From Candidatus Electronema aureum (GTDB taxonomy: Bacteria > Desulfobacterota > Desulfobulbia > Desulfobulbales > Desulfobulbaceae), in NCBI GenBank assembly GCA_004284765.1, contig NQJD01000002.1, forward strand, positions 180,001 to 212,000: 32,000 nt of DNA. The letters run 5' to 3'. Below the pieces are notes generated by a model that saw only the letters and a list, made by a program, of their open reading frames with translations, was not told where the DNA came from and did not search any database. Below, one piece after another: positions 6,876-16,445 of the stretch. Position 1 is the first letter of the stretch. Each line of letters starts with the position of its first letter. The position numbers and the translations under genes are program-made.

Positions 6876-9800
6876 ATGACAGACTTCAGCATCGGTTCCA
6901 TTCATCATGGCTTCATCCTTAAACGCAAAGAACAGGTTGCTGAGATCAGCTCTGAAGTCTTTCTGTTCGAGCACCAGGTGCTTGGCACACCTGCCTTGGC
7001 GATAAAAAACAGCGATCCCAATAAGACCTTCTGCTTTGCCTTCCAGACTGTGCCGAACGATAACACCGGCGTGGCGCATATCTTGGAGCATTCCGTGCTG
7101 GTGGGATCGAAGAAATACCCTGTGCAGGACATCTTTGGCGAAATACATAAGGGCGGTCTGATGACCTTCCTCAACGCCATGACCGGTGCTGACACCACTT
7201 GGTATCCGTTCGCCACCCGCAATCTGAGCGAGTATTTCAGCATCATGGATGTGTATTGTGATGTGGTGCTCAATCCAATCTTGGCCCGCAGCACTTTCGA
7301 GCAAGAGGGCTGGCATTATCACAAGGAAAGTCAGGGTGCGCCCTTAGAGTTCCAAGGGGTGGTCTTAAATGAAATGAAAGGGGCATTTGGTGATCCTACC
7401 CGGGCACTCTTTCAGAACACCTTTGCCGGTCTGATGCCTGAATCAACCTATGCCCAAGAGTCGGGCGGCGACCCAGCCTGCATTCCTGCTCTGAGCTACG
7501 AGCAGTTTATCGAGTTTCATCGCAAGCATTATCATCCCTCCAACGGAATGCTGTTCTTCTACGGTGATGCTGATCTTGAGCAGGAGTTGGCAGCCGTGCA
7601 GGACAAGTTCCTCTGCACCTATACGAGCGCGGGCGAAAAGGCCAAGATTGTGCCGGGCCGCACGATTGCCAAGCCGGTGTTCATTGATGATACCTATGCA
7701 GTGCAGCCGGGCAGTAACCTCAAGGGCAAGACCTATTTGGCAGTAGGCACTGCAATTGGTACTCTGCTGGACCGAGAGCTTACCACCGCCTTTCAGATCA
7801 TTGCTAACATCCTCTACAATTCAGATGCGTCGCCGCTGAAGAAAGCCATTGTCGAGGCTGGCTTGGGCAAGGATTTCGGCGGGATGTTTATTACTGATCA
7901 TTGCTTTCAGACAGTGATGCTGACCTATCTGGTTGGCTCTGATGCGGACAAGCGCGACCGCTTCTTGGAGCTGCACCGGCAGGCCTTAACCCAGATTGCT
8001 GAACAAGGACTTGAGCATGATCTGGTGCTGTCTGAGCTGAACCATTACGAGTTCTCTGTCCGGGAAGAGCTGACTCATGCCCAGCGCGGCCTTGATCTGA
8101 TTGGCAAGGCACTGACTGCGCTCCAGCATGGTGCAGACCCATTTGCCGCTCTGGAGATTGACCAGCTCTTTGCCGCTGTCCGCCGCAAAGCGTTAGAGGA
8201 ACAGTACTTTGAGCAGCTGATCCAGAGCACCTTGCTGGATAGCCCGACCTTTGCTGCGGTCACACTGCGGCCTGATCCAGATAAGGCCACCCGCACTCAG
8301 CAGGAAGAGCAGCGCAGGCTGGCAGCGTATGAACAGACCCTTGACCCAGCCCAGGTACAGTCACTGATCGCCACTACTCAAGAACTGATGCGCTTGCAGC
8401 AGACCCCGAACACGGAAGAGCAGCTGGCCTTGGTGCCTCGGCTTGCCCGCAAGGATTTGGAATGCAGGCCACCGATGCACAGTGCCAGCACCGAAGTCTG
8501 CGGCTCGGTGGAGTGTATCAGCAGTGAATTAGATACCAACGGTATCACCTACGTCCAGTTTGGCTTGGACTGTGCAGCCATCGGTCCAGACCTGCTGCCA
8601 TACCTTGATCTCTTTGCCACCATTGCTACTGAGATTGGTACCAGCAAGCGTGATTACGTCCGTTTTGCTAAAGACATCAACATCTGCACCGGCGGCTTCA
8701 GCCATTCGTTCTCCACGTATCATCATCTTGAGAGCAAAGCACAGCTGCTGCCTTTGCTCTGGTTCCAGATCAAGGCCCTGTCCGGCTATTTACCCCAGGC
8801 TTTAGATTTAGTGCGCGAGGTCTTTGCTGATGTCAATCTCAGCAACCGGCAGCGGATTAAAGAAATAGTTTTGCGGGAATTCACTTGGGCCGAGCATTCA
8901 GTGCAAAGTGAGGGGTATCAGCTGGCAGCAAGCCGGGTCTTTGCCCATCTCAGTCGGGCCGGGATGATTAATGAACACGTCAACGGTGCGACTGCATATC
9001 TTACCCTGAAAGAGTTAGCAGCCAACTACGATAAGCAGGAAGAACAATTCCTTGCCAAAATAGAACGTCTGCGTCAGCTCGTCTTGCAGCCTGCGGATAT
9101 GAAAATTGCTGTCACTGGCTCTGCGGCAGATATTGGCACGATCAAGGCGCAGATCAACGAAATCAAGCAGAGCCTGCTTGGCAGCACCCCACAGCCTGCT
9201 GAGATGCTCTTCCCGCAGTTTGCCGAGCAGCAGGCGTTCACTACTTCAGCGGATGTGGTCTATAATGTTCAAGGCTGCAACCTGTTTACCAATCCTAAGC
9301 AATATGACGGCACCTTCGAGGTGCTGAAAACATGGTTGTCACGGGATTACCTGTGGAACACCGTGCGCCAGTTGGGCGGTGCTTACGGCTGTTTTGTTCA
9401 ATTTCATCCGGTGTCTGGCAATTTCGCCCTGATCAGCTTCCGTGACCCTCAAGTGAGCAAGACCTATGCGGCCTATGAGGCGATTGCCGCAGCAGTCAAG
9501 GAGCTTGATTTGAGCCATGCTAAGTTGGATCAGCTGATTATCGGTGCGTATGGTAGCCTGAATCCGTTGCGCTCCCCGGCGGCTGAAGGTGTGAAGGCCC
9601 GTGATGCGTACCTTTGTGGTATTACGCCAGAACACCGGCAGCAGATACTGGAGCAGCTGATCGACACAGAGGCAGCAGCACTACGTGGCTTTGCGCCGCT
9701 ATTTGCCCAGCTCACAACCAATAGCTTTAAGGCAACTATCGGCAGCAGCGAGAAGATTAGAGCCAATGCTGAATTGTTTAATGCGGTGGTGGAGTTGTAA
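6876..9800 (+). CDS. M16C family (PreP/insulinase-like) zinc metallopeptidase
   Basis: 974 aa. HILEHSVLVGSKKYPVQDIF is the inverted HxxEH zinc motif in M16C context. The size is typical of presequence-protease-like enzymes. Confidence 0.88.
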   Translation: MTDFSIGSIHHGFILKRKEQVAEISSEVFLFEHQVLGTPALAIKNSDPNKTFCFAFQTVPNDNTGVAHILEHSVLVGSKKYPVQDIFGEIHKGGLMTFLNAMTGADTTWYPFATRNLSEYFSIMDVYCDVVLNPILARSTFEQEGWHYHKESQGAPLEFQGVVLNEMKGAFGDPTRALFQNTFAGLMPESTYAQESGGDPACIPALSYEQFIEFHRKHYHPSNGMLFFYGDADLEQELAAVQDKFLCTYTSAGEKAKIVPGRTIAKPVFIDDTYAVQPGSNLKGKTYLAVGTAIGTLLDRELTTAFQIIANILYNSDASPLKKAIVEAGLGKDFGGMFITDHCFQTVMLTYLVGSDADKRDRFLELHRQALTQIAEQGLEHDLVLSELNHYEFSVREELTHAQRGLDLIGKALTALQHGADPFAALEIDQLFAAVRRKALEEQYFEQLIQSTLLDSPTFAAVTLRPDPDKATRTQQEEQRRLAAYEQTLDPAQVQSLIATTQELMRLQQTPNTEEQLALVPRLARKDLECRPPMHSASTEVCGSVECISSELDTNGITYVQFGLDCAAIGPDLLPYLDLFATIATEIGTSKRDYVRFAKDINICTGGFSHSFSTYHHLESKAQLLPLLWFQIKALSGYLPQALDLVREVFADVNLSNRQRIKEIVLREFTWAEHSVQSEGYQLAASRVFAHLSRAGMINEHVNGATAYLTLKELAANYDKQEEQFLAKIERLRQLVLQPADMKIAVTGSAADIGTIKAQINEIKQSLLGSTPQPAEMLFPQFAEQQAFTTSADVVYNVQGCNLFTNPKQYDGTFEVLKTWLSRDYLWNTVRQLGGAYGCFVQFHPVSGNFALISFRDPQVSKTYAAYEAIAAAVKELDLSHAKLDQLIIGAYGSLNPLRSPAAEGVKARDAYLCGITPEHRQQILEQLIDTEAAALRGFAPLFAQLTTNSFKATIGSSEKIRANAELFNAVVEL

Positions 9801-9858
9801 GAAGTTTTACGCAAGTATCATTATCAACATTCCAGTACAAGGAGAGGAGGGAGACAAC

Positions 9859-10851
9859 ATGGCCGGAGGATACACCCACGTCACGCTGGTGCAGCTGGCG
9901 ATTGAGGAGGCAGTTCATCGGAGATCGTTGCTGCACGATGAGGCAGCACAGGCTTTACAGCTATGGAAAAAATACGCTATCATTGGTTCAATGGGGCCGG
10001 ATTATCCCTATTTGGATGTTGCCGATACTTCTTCCGCAGCGTGGGCAGCAGCCATGCACAGCCGCCATGTGCTGGATTTCGTCCGAGAGGCAGCACGACG
10101 CATCCGTATCCTGCCTGATAAGAATATCCGCCAGAAATGCACGGCATGGCTCTTCGGCTTTGCCTCGCATTGTGTAACTGACGGCACCGTGCATCCGGTG
10201 GTGAATCGGAAAGTTGGCCCTTATGAACAGAACAAGACTGAACATCGTTGCTGTGAAATGTCCCAAGATGTGCTGGTTCATGCTCAACTCAATTTGGGCG
10301 CGATTGAGCTGAACGGGCAGATATCTTTTAATGTAGCAGAAACCTCTGACGGTAGCAACCGATTGAGAATAGATCACGATATTGCCGTACTCTGGCGTGG
10401 CGCGCTGAACGCTGTTTGGCGTGGTGGTCGCACTGACAATCCATTTTCGTTGAGCGGGGCAATGGACAGGTTGAAACAATGGACGGGTAGTACGCCAGCA
10501 GAAGGGCTACCTGCGCCTGATCCTGATCAGTGGCATCGGGCTATGTGGCGGATGTTGAAACTGGCTGAAAGCGGCGGTCAGCTGGTACCTTTTGCTCGCC
10601 ATGCAGCAGCTAATGCTGGGGTAACATATCCGGCCAAGCCTGAGTTACAATATGTCCGCAATTTGGAAGTGCCGGGGAATCGCAGGATGGACTTTGAGCA
10701 AGTTTTTGTCCACGCTAAACAGAACACGGTTGCATTTTGGGGCGACCTGTCGCTTTTCCTCCAAGGCAAGCCCTCGCCCTTGGACAACATGGCAGGCTGG
10801 AGCTTAGATGACGGCATTGATCACAACGAACATTATGTTTTCTGGAGCTAA
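9859..10851 (+). CDS. zinc-dependent phospholipase C family-like protein, with no signal peptide
   Basis: The start was moved to the ATG at 9859, behind AAGGAGAGGAGGGAG. His/Asp ligand pattern: GYTH, GSMGPDYPY, HSRH, FASHCVTDGTVHP, HRCCEMSQD. Confidence 0.65.
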   Translation: MAGGYTHVTLVQLAIEEAVHRRSLLHDEAAQALQLWKKYAIIGSMGPDYPYLDVADTSSAAWAAAMHSRHVLDFVREAARRIRILPDKNIRQKCTAWLFGFASHCVTDGTVHPVVNRKVGPYEQNKTEHRCCEMSQDVLVHAQLNLGAIELNGQISFNVAETSDGSNRLRIDHDIAVLWRGALNAVWRGGRTDNPFSLSGAMDRLKQWTGSTPAEGLPAPDPDQWHRAMWRMLKLAESGGQLVPFARHAAANAGVTYPAKPELQYVRNLEVPGNRRMDFEQVFVHAKQNTVAFWGDLSLFLQGKPSPLDNMAGWSLDDGIDHNEHYVFWS

Positions 10852-10853
10852 AC

Positions 10854-11282
10854 ATGACACCTGCTCGTAAAAAGATACTGCTTATTCTTGTTCTCGTTGC
10901 AGTGATCGATCTTCTCATCGCCGCTGGAATCTTTTTTTGGTGGAAAAACAGTCAATCTGATCTTCCTCATCAGAAAGACATCGCTGAATTAGCTACTCAG
11001 TTAGTTGATTTGAGTTCGAGGGTGGAAGGTCTCATAATTACGCAAGAAAACGAGGCAGAAATACTCCGCCAAACAGAGAAATTTGCACCCTATCAGCTCA
11101 AGGTGCAGTATCAACATCCTTATGCTGTCCTGCTGCTCTGCACACCAGATGGAAAACAGGCTCTACTGGAGGATGCAGGCTGCTCGGCCAAGTTAGATCG
11201 GAAGGTAAAGAATGAGGCTCCCTGCGAATTCACCTTACGAGTTAAAGAAAACTGCCAAGTGCAGGGCGCAGATATGCAGTAA
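10854..11282 (+). CDS. small membrane-anchored hypothetical protein with 4 Cys in the exported part
   Basis: The ATG is 2 nt after the upstream stop, which suggests translational coupling. N-terminal TM helix ILLILVLVAVIDLLIAAGIFFWW. Confidence 0.6.
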   Translation: MTPARKKILLILVLVAVIDLLIAAGIFFWWKNSQSDLPHQKDIAELATQLVDLSSRVEGLIITQENEAEILRQTEKFAPYQLKVQYQHPYAVLLLCTPDGKQALLEDAGCSAKLDRKVKNEAPCEFTLRVKENCQVQGADMQ

Positions 11283-11294
11283 GAACGTTTTTCG

Positions 11295-12107
11295 TTAGTT
11301 CCCAGCTTGAAGCCGCCACTGGAGGGCCTGTAAATCCTCCCAAGCGGCTTTTTTCATTTCGGTATGCTGAAGCAGCAAGCGAGGGTGATAGGTGGGCAAT
11401 ACCTGTGCAATGCTGTCGGAAGGGCAGCAGCAGGGATGAAATTTTTTCTGTAGTCGAAGTCGTGCCAAGGGTGTGTTTCCGCCTATCAGAACGCGAGCAG
11501 CAGTTTCACCCAGAGCGCAAATGAGCTGAGGACGGATAGCTTGCAGCTCTGCTTCCAGCCAAGGGCGGCAATTTTGTTCAGCTTTACTGGTGGACTGAGG
11601 CAATTCCCTCTGTGCGCATTTGAACACATTGGTGACATAAACCGTTTCTCGACTCAGGCCGATGGCCGTCATCATCTTCCAGAATAGCTCGTCCTCCTCT
11701 CTGCCCCAAAGTACGTTCTGTCCGCGTTCTGCGCCGATGAAGTAATCACCAACCACCACCAAACGGGGTGCGGCACTACCAAACCCAAGTATTGGGGGAG
11801 CAGCAGCGTCAGGGCAGCGGCGACACTGAGCAAGCTGTTCCGCGATTTCTGCTCTGCTCGATATCGGTGCTTGCGGTTTCTTTTCAGCAGCGGGAAGGGA
11901 TTGCGCAGTGGACGGCAGCTTGTCGGATTTTCTGCTTTGTACGACTGGAGAAACAGGACGATGAGCGGCAAAATGGCGGAGTTCCGGCGTGGCTGGATAG
12001 TTGATGATGCCTATCTCTACATGGCAGGCCAACACGCTGCGGGTCTGACGGAGCAACTGGGCCAACGCTGCGGGATCAGGCGTTTTATGTTCGCAAGAGA
12101 GTGTCAC
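11295..12107 (-). CDS. uracil-DNA glycosylase superfamily protein, family-4-like with 4Fe-4S cysteines and a variant motif A
   Basis: It carries CRRC and KC-x16-C cysteines, VYVTNVFKC, and motif B TYHPRLL. Motif A reads VVGDYFIGAE rather than GEAPG. The GTG start overlaps the ftsB stop (GTGA). Confidence 0.65.
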   Translation of the reverse strand: MTLSCEHKTPDPAALAQLLRQTRSVLACHVEIGIINYPATPELRHFAAHRPVSPVVQSRKSDKLPSTAQSLPAAEKKPQAPISSRAEIAEQLAQCRRCPDAAAPPILGFGSAAPRLVVVGDYFIGAERGQNVLWGREEDELFWKMMTAIGLSRETVYVTNVFKCAQRELPQSTSKAEQNCRPWLEAELQAIRPQLICALGETAARVLIGGNTPLARLRLQKKFHPCCCPSDSIAQVLPTYHPRLLLQHTEMKKAAWEDLQALQWRLQAGN

Positions 12108-12463
12108 TGTACTGTTTCTTCGGTTTCGATCTCTGACGACTGCTCCGCAGACTCAATTGGTTGAGTATAATACACCTCTTCATTCTTCTTGAGCATTCCG
12201 TATTTTTCTCGAGCAATCTTCTCTAAATATTGGTCATCATGCTGAAGCAGCTTAATCTCCTCATTCAGCTGTACGGTTTCTCGTAGCAGCAGTCGGTTCT
12301 CGGCCTCTACAATTGCAATCTTTTTCTTGACGGAAAAATACGAATGCAAACTACGGCCCGGCGTAACAGCAAGAAATAACAGGGCCAGAACAAAAGCGGC
12401 CAGCAGAATGCGGGCAAGTGCTCTTTTTTCTCTCCTGTTTAAGTTCTGTCTCTGCTGCTGCAC
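12104..12463 (-). CDS. ftsB: septum formation initiator (FtsB/DivIC family)
   Basis: 119 aa with a single TM helix, then a coiled coil, then the signature YLEKIAREKYGMLKKNEEVY. Confidence 0.8.
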   Translation of the reverse strand: MQQQRQNLNRREKRALARILLAAFVLALLFLAVTPGRSLHSYFSVKKKIAIVEAENRLLLRETVQLNEEIKLLQHDDQYLEKIAREKYGMLKKNEEVYYTQPIESAEQSSEIETEETVQ

Positions 12464-12562
12464 CGTACCCCCGTCTCCTTGCGGACAAGCGAATGATTTG
12501 ACTGGATTATATCATCAAGAACGATTATATTCTTCTACGCCGTGCTCTTTCACTACTATATC

Positions 12563-12979
12563 ATGCCTGTCAACAAACCTGAACAGTGCATCGTTAGCAG
12601 CTGCTTGATTGGTCTCTGTACCCGCTATGACGGACGCAGTAAGCCAGACTGCAATTGCTTGGAGATGCTGAAAAATTACCAGTACATTCCGGTTTGCCCG
12701 GAGCAGCTTGGTGGTCTATCCACGCCCCGCGTTCCAGCTCATTTAAGCGGCAGTGGCGACGAGGTGTTGGCGGGCCGAGCAGCGGTTATCACTCGTGAAG
12801 GAACAGATGTAACCCGGCGATTTATAGCCGGAGCTGAAGCGGTGTTGCAGATTGCTCAGGCGCAGAATATCCGGCTGGCTCTGCTCAAAGCCCGCAGCCC
12901 TTCTTGCGGCCTGACACCACAGCTTGGTGTAACCGCTGCCTTGTTGCTGGCTCACGGTATCCGGGTTATTGAGTTTTAG
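12563..12979 (+). CDS. DUF523 (YbbK/2-thiouracil-desulfurase-like) protein
   Basis: MPVNKPEQCIVSSCLIGLCTRYDG...PVCPEQLGGLSTPR...SPSCG. The start was moved to the ATG at 12563. Confidence 0.75.
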   Translation: MPVNKPEQCIVSSCLIGLCTRYDGRSKPDCNCLEMLKNYQYIPVCPEQLGGLSTPRVPAHLSGSGDEVLAGRAAVITREGTDVTRRFIAGAEAVLQIAQAQNIRLALLKARSPSCGLTPQLGVTAALLLAHGIRVIEF

Positions 12980-13691
12980 CCACTGCCTGTTTTTCGTCAA
13001 TTCGCAGCAGCCTAATGACCAAAATTCCAGCCTCATAGAGCAGATAAAGCGGTAGTCCCATCAAGGCCATGTTGACCACATCAGGCGTGGGGGTCAGCAT
13101 CGCCGACAGAATGGCAATGGCCAGCACAGCGAAGCGGCGATTTTTTTCATAAAAACGGTGAGACAATGCACCAATTTGGGCGGAGAAAACCATGAAGACC
13201 GGCAGCTCGAAAATCACCCCAAAGGCCAGCACTAAGATGGTCACAAAATTAACAAAGCTACCGATGGCGATGTAAGGCTTCAGGTGTTCCGACTGAAAAC
13301 CAAGCAGAAAACTCGCGCCGTAGGGCAGGGTAACAAAGGCGCAAAACACAGTGCCCACGTAAAAAAGCAGACACGTAGCGGCGGTGAAGGCGAAGAGCTT
13401 CTTGCCGGTCACGTCGAAAGGTTTGCCAAGAGCTTTCCAGAGGATGTGCATGAACAGGGGCATCAGGCAATAAATTGCGCCGAAGAAAGCAGCCTTGATG
13501 TGAGCGAGAAAGGGTTCGGCTACTGAAAAAAAGTAGAGCTTTTCATCCAGATGCTCTTGAAAGACCCCGATCAAGCCGGTTGACAGGCAAAAGATCACCG
13601 CTGTCAGCGCAAATAGGCTGATTGCCGCGAAACGAAGCGATTTGCGCAGCTCCGCTATGAAAACTATCAGGTTACTGAAATGTTCTTGCAC
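12966..13691 (-). CDS. tatC: twin-arginine translocase subunit TatC
   Basis: 241 aa, 6 TM helices, conserved SAMLTPTPDVVNMALMGLPLYLLYE. Confidence 0.88.
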   Translation of the reverse strand: MQEHFSNLIVFIAELRKSLRFAAISLFALTAVIFCLSTGLIGVFQEHLDEKLYFFSVAEPFLAHIKAAFFGAIYCLMPLFMHILWKALGKPFDVTGKKLFAFTAATCLLFYVGTVFCAFVTLPYGASFLLGFQSEHLKPYIAIGSFVNFVTILVLAFGVIFELPVFMVFSAQIGALSHRFYEKNRRFAVLAIAILSAMLTPTPDVVNMALMGLPLYLLYEAGILVIRLLRIDEKQAVAKTQ

Positions 13692-13869
13692 AAGATGTCG
13701 GGAAGTATGGTTCAGATTTTAAGCCGCCTTTTGCTGCGGACTTGCTCTATGTAACAAACCCGCAGAGCAAAATCAATTGAATACCCGTTGCAGAGCGGCC
13801 TCAGTCGTGCTAAAAAAGTAGACGGACAACTGACCTTGCAGCTTTCAACTTCTCCTTTTGGTTTCTATC

Positions 13870-15141
13870 ATGCTTGAATTACGCTTCATCCGGGAAAATA
13901 TCGACCTTGTTCGAGAAAAATGTCTCCGCCGGAGCATGAATACCGATCTGATCGACACCTTCGCTGCCATTGACTCCAAACGGCTGGCCCTGCTCAATCA
14001 GGTTGAGCAGCTCAAAAATCAGCGCAACACCGTCTCCAAGGACATCGCCCAGCTGAAAAAGGCGGGCGATGATGCAAAAGCCGAGCCGTTGATTGTTGAA
14101 ATGCGTGAAGTTTCTGACCGCATCGCTGCGCTGGATAAGGAGCTAATCGAAGTCGAGGCCCAGCTCATGGATGTGGTGATGTCCATCCCCAATCTCTGCG
14201 ACGACTCGGTTCCTGCGGGCAAGGACGACAAGGACAACATTGAGGTGAAACGTTGGGGCAATATTCCGGCATTTTCTTTTCAGCCGAAACCGCACTGGGA
14301 GATCGGCGAACAGCTTGGTATCCTTGATTTTGAAACGGCGGCCAAACTCTCTGGGGCGCGGTTCTGTTTGCTCAAAGGCTTTGCCTCGCGGCTTTCCAGA
14401 GCTTTGATCAATTTTTTCCTCGATCTGCACACCCAGAAGCACGGCTACACCGAGTTTCTGCCGCCCTTTATGGTCACGGCACAAACCATGACCGGCACCG
14501 GCCAATTACCTAAATTCAAGGAAGATTTGTTTAAGTTAGAAGGTCGCGATCTTTGGTTGATTCCGACCGCCGAGGTGCCGCTGACTAATATTCATGCTGA
14601 TGCCACGTTGACCGAGGCGGAATTGCCAGTCAAATATACCGCTTACACGCCTTGTTTCCGTTCTGAGGCTGGTTCTTACGGCAAAGACACACGCGGGCTG
14701 ATCCGTCAGCATCAGTTTGACAAGGTGGAGTTGGTCAAATTTGCTGCGCCGGAGACATCAGGACAAGAATTAGAATTCCTGCTGACTGATGCCGAGGAAG
14801 TGTTGCAGCTGCTCGAATTGCCGTATCGAGTGGTGGCTCTCTGCGCCGGCGATCTGGGTTTTTCCTCAGCCAAAACCTACGATATTGAAGTTTGGCTGCC
14901 GGGCCAGAATACCTACCGAGAAATATCTTCTTGCTCAAATTTCCTCGATTTTCAGGCACGGCGGGCGGGCATCCGTTACCGACCTGAAGGTGAGAAAAAA
15001 AGCCGTCTTGTACATACCTTGAATGGTTCTGGTTTGGCCGTTGGGCGCACTTTATTGGCGATTCTGGAAAATTATCAGCAAGCAGACGGCACGGTGCGCC
15101 TGCCCAAAGTGCTGGAGCCGTATTTCACCGACCGCTTCTGA
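13870..15141 (+). CDS. serS: serine--tRNA ligase
   Basis: [14 protein letters not shown] is a typical SerRS start (ATG 13870). Class II motifs are present: [43 protein letters not shown]. Confidence 0.95.
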   Translation: MLELRFIRENIDLVREKCLRRSMNTDLIDTFAAIDSKRLALLNQVEQLKNQRNTVSKDIAQLKKAGDDAKAEPLIVEMREVSDRIAALDKELIEVEAQLMDVVMSIPNLCDDSVPAGKDDKDNIEVKRWGNIPAFSFQPKPHWEIGEQLGILDFETAAKLSGARFCLLKGFASRLSRALINFFLDLHTQKHGYTEFLPPFMVTAQTMTGTGQLPKFKEDLFKLEGRDLWLIPTAEVPLTNIHADATLTEAELPVKYTAYTPCFRSEAGSYGKDTRGLIRQHQFDKVELVKFAAPETSGQELEFLLTDAEEVLQLLELPYRVVALCAGDLGFSSAKTYDIEVWLPGQNTYREISSCSNFLDFQARRAGIRYRPEGEKKSRLVHTLNGSGLAVGRTLLAILENYQQADGTVRLPKVLEPYFTDRF

Positions 15142-15160
15142 GACGCGAATGCTTCCCTGC

Positions 15161-15189
15161 TTGACACCGTTCCTGTGGATTGGTATCAC
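15161..15189 (+). promoter_or_regulatory. candidate sigma-70 promoter
   Basis: TTGACA-N17-TATCAC lies about 40 nt upstream of the 15230 ORF. Confidence 0.4.
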
Positions 15190-15229
15190 TTAAGAAGCAC
15201 GAAACATAGTTGCGTTTCAGAAACTCTGC

Positions 15230-16135
15230 ATGGGATGGACGATGAGAAGATTTTTTTCTGCTGTTTTTGCGCTGGCCTTTGTCGTCAGCTGTTTATCTTT
15301 AGCATGGGCAGGCGAAAAGGAGGATGAGCTGCTCAAGGCGATGGAGGCAATTGTGCAGCAGTATAAGGCAGGCGAGGGCAATCAGCAGCAATCAAAGGAC
15401 GATACGCCTCCCGCCGTTGAGCAGCAGAAGAGCCAAGCATTGCAACAAACACCTGTTGAGGCGGCTTCTTCTTGGTTACAACCTCCAGCTGCCACTACGC
15501 CTCCAGTTCCAACAGAGCAGTTACAGAGTGTTGAGGAAGAAGCAGCGATTCCAGCAGAAATCGCCGATATCTTCCAACTGTCGCCATCTCCTGCGCAGGT
15601 GGCTAATAATGATGACATTATCACCACCATTGAAGAAGCGGTGCGCCAGTATCGGGCTAACGATTTTGCCGGAGCGATTTCCAATCTCGACTATGCCACT
15701 CAGCTGATCCGCCAGAAAAAAAGCGAACGAATGAAGGCTCTGCTGCCTGAACCTTTGCTCGGCTGGCTGGCCAAGCCCGCTTTGGCAAAATCTTTAGGTA
15801 CAGCGGTCTTTGGCGGTGGATCGACAGTCAGTCGCGATTACTTTATCGGTGGTGGTGCCGTCGTTTCTGTCGAAATCATCTCCGATTCCCCGGTACTCCA
15901 ATCGATCATCATGATGCTCAATAATCCGCTTTTTGCTGGAGCTTCGGGCGGGAACATTCAAACCATCAAACAACAGCGGGCCATGCTCAAATACAATGAG
16001 CAAGATCACAGCGGCGAAATTAATATTGTGGTTGCTGGGCGTTTCATTGTCACCGTTAAAGGCCGAGCTGTAGATCAAATTGTGCTGTTCCGCTATGCTG
16101 AAGCCGTTGATTTTGAAGCATTGGCGAAAAATTAG
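15230..16135 (+). CDS. hypothetical secreted protein or lipoprotein
   Basis: Signal peptide RRFFSAVFALAFVVSCLSLAWA, then a Gln/Pro-rich linker. The start could instead be the ATG at 15242. A strong terminator follows. Confidence 0.65.
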   Translation: MGWTMRRFFSAVFALAFVVSCLSLAWAGEKEDELLKAMEAIVQQYKAGEGNQQQSKDDTPPAVEQQKSQALQQTPVEAASSWLQPPAATTPPVPTEQLQSVEEEAAIPAEIADIFQLSPSPAQVANNDDIITTIEEAVRQYRANDFAGAISNLDYATQLIRQKKSERMKALLPEPLLGWLAKPALAKSLGTAVFGGGSTVSRDYFIGGGAVVSVEIISDSPVLQSIIMMLNNPLFAGASGGNIQTIKQQRAMLKYNEQDHSGEINIVVAGRFIVTVKGRAVDQIVLFRYAEAVDFEALAKN

Positions 16136-16190
16136 ACTGTCTAAAATTCTCCCAAGAAGTGCCTTTAAGGGTTTTTCCTGTGTGAGATGA

Positions 16191-16241
16191 CCTCAGCCAC
16201 CCGAACTGAACTGGCCTTCTTCCGGGTGGCTGAGGTTTTTT
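16191..16241 (+). terminator. rho-independent terminator
   Basis: cctcagccacccg ... cgggtggctgagg followed by tttttt. Confidence 0.8.
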
Positions 16242-16259
16242 CCTTTTTACGGCAAAAAT

Positions 16260-16445
16260 ATGTCTGAACAAAAAATTGTCCGGCCCGTGACTGACGAGGC
16301 GGTGCTGAAAGCGGCCAAAGAAATCATGGTCAAATTCATCGAAATCGGCAAGGTGACTCCGGCGAATTTCGAGGAGCATTACGAGCGGATTTTCAACACC
16401 ATCAAGAAGTCGGCGCAAGAGTTGAACGATGACAGCCCAGCTTGA
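16260..16445 (+). CDS. small hypothetical protein (61 aa)
   Basis: The sequence looks helical and is not low-complexity. Its 3' end overlaps the mpl start by 17 nt. No clear SD. Confidence 0.45.
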   Translation: MSEQKIVRPVTDEAVLKAAKEIMVKFIEIGKVTPANFEEHYERIFNTIKKSAQELNDDSPA

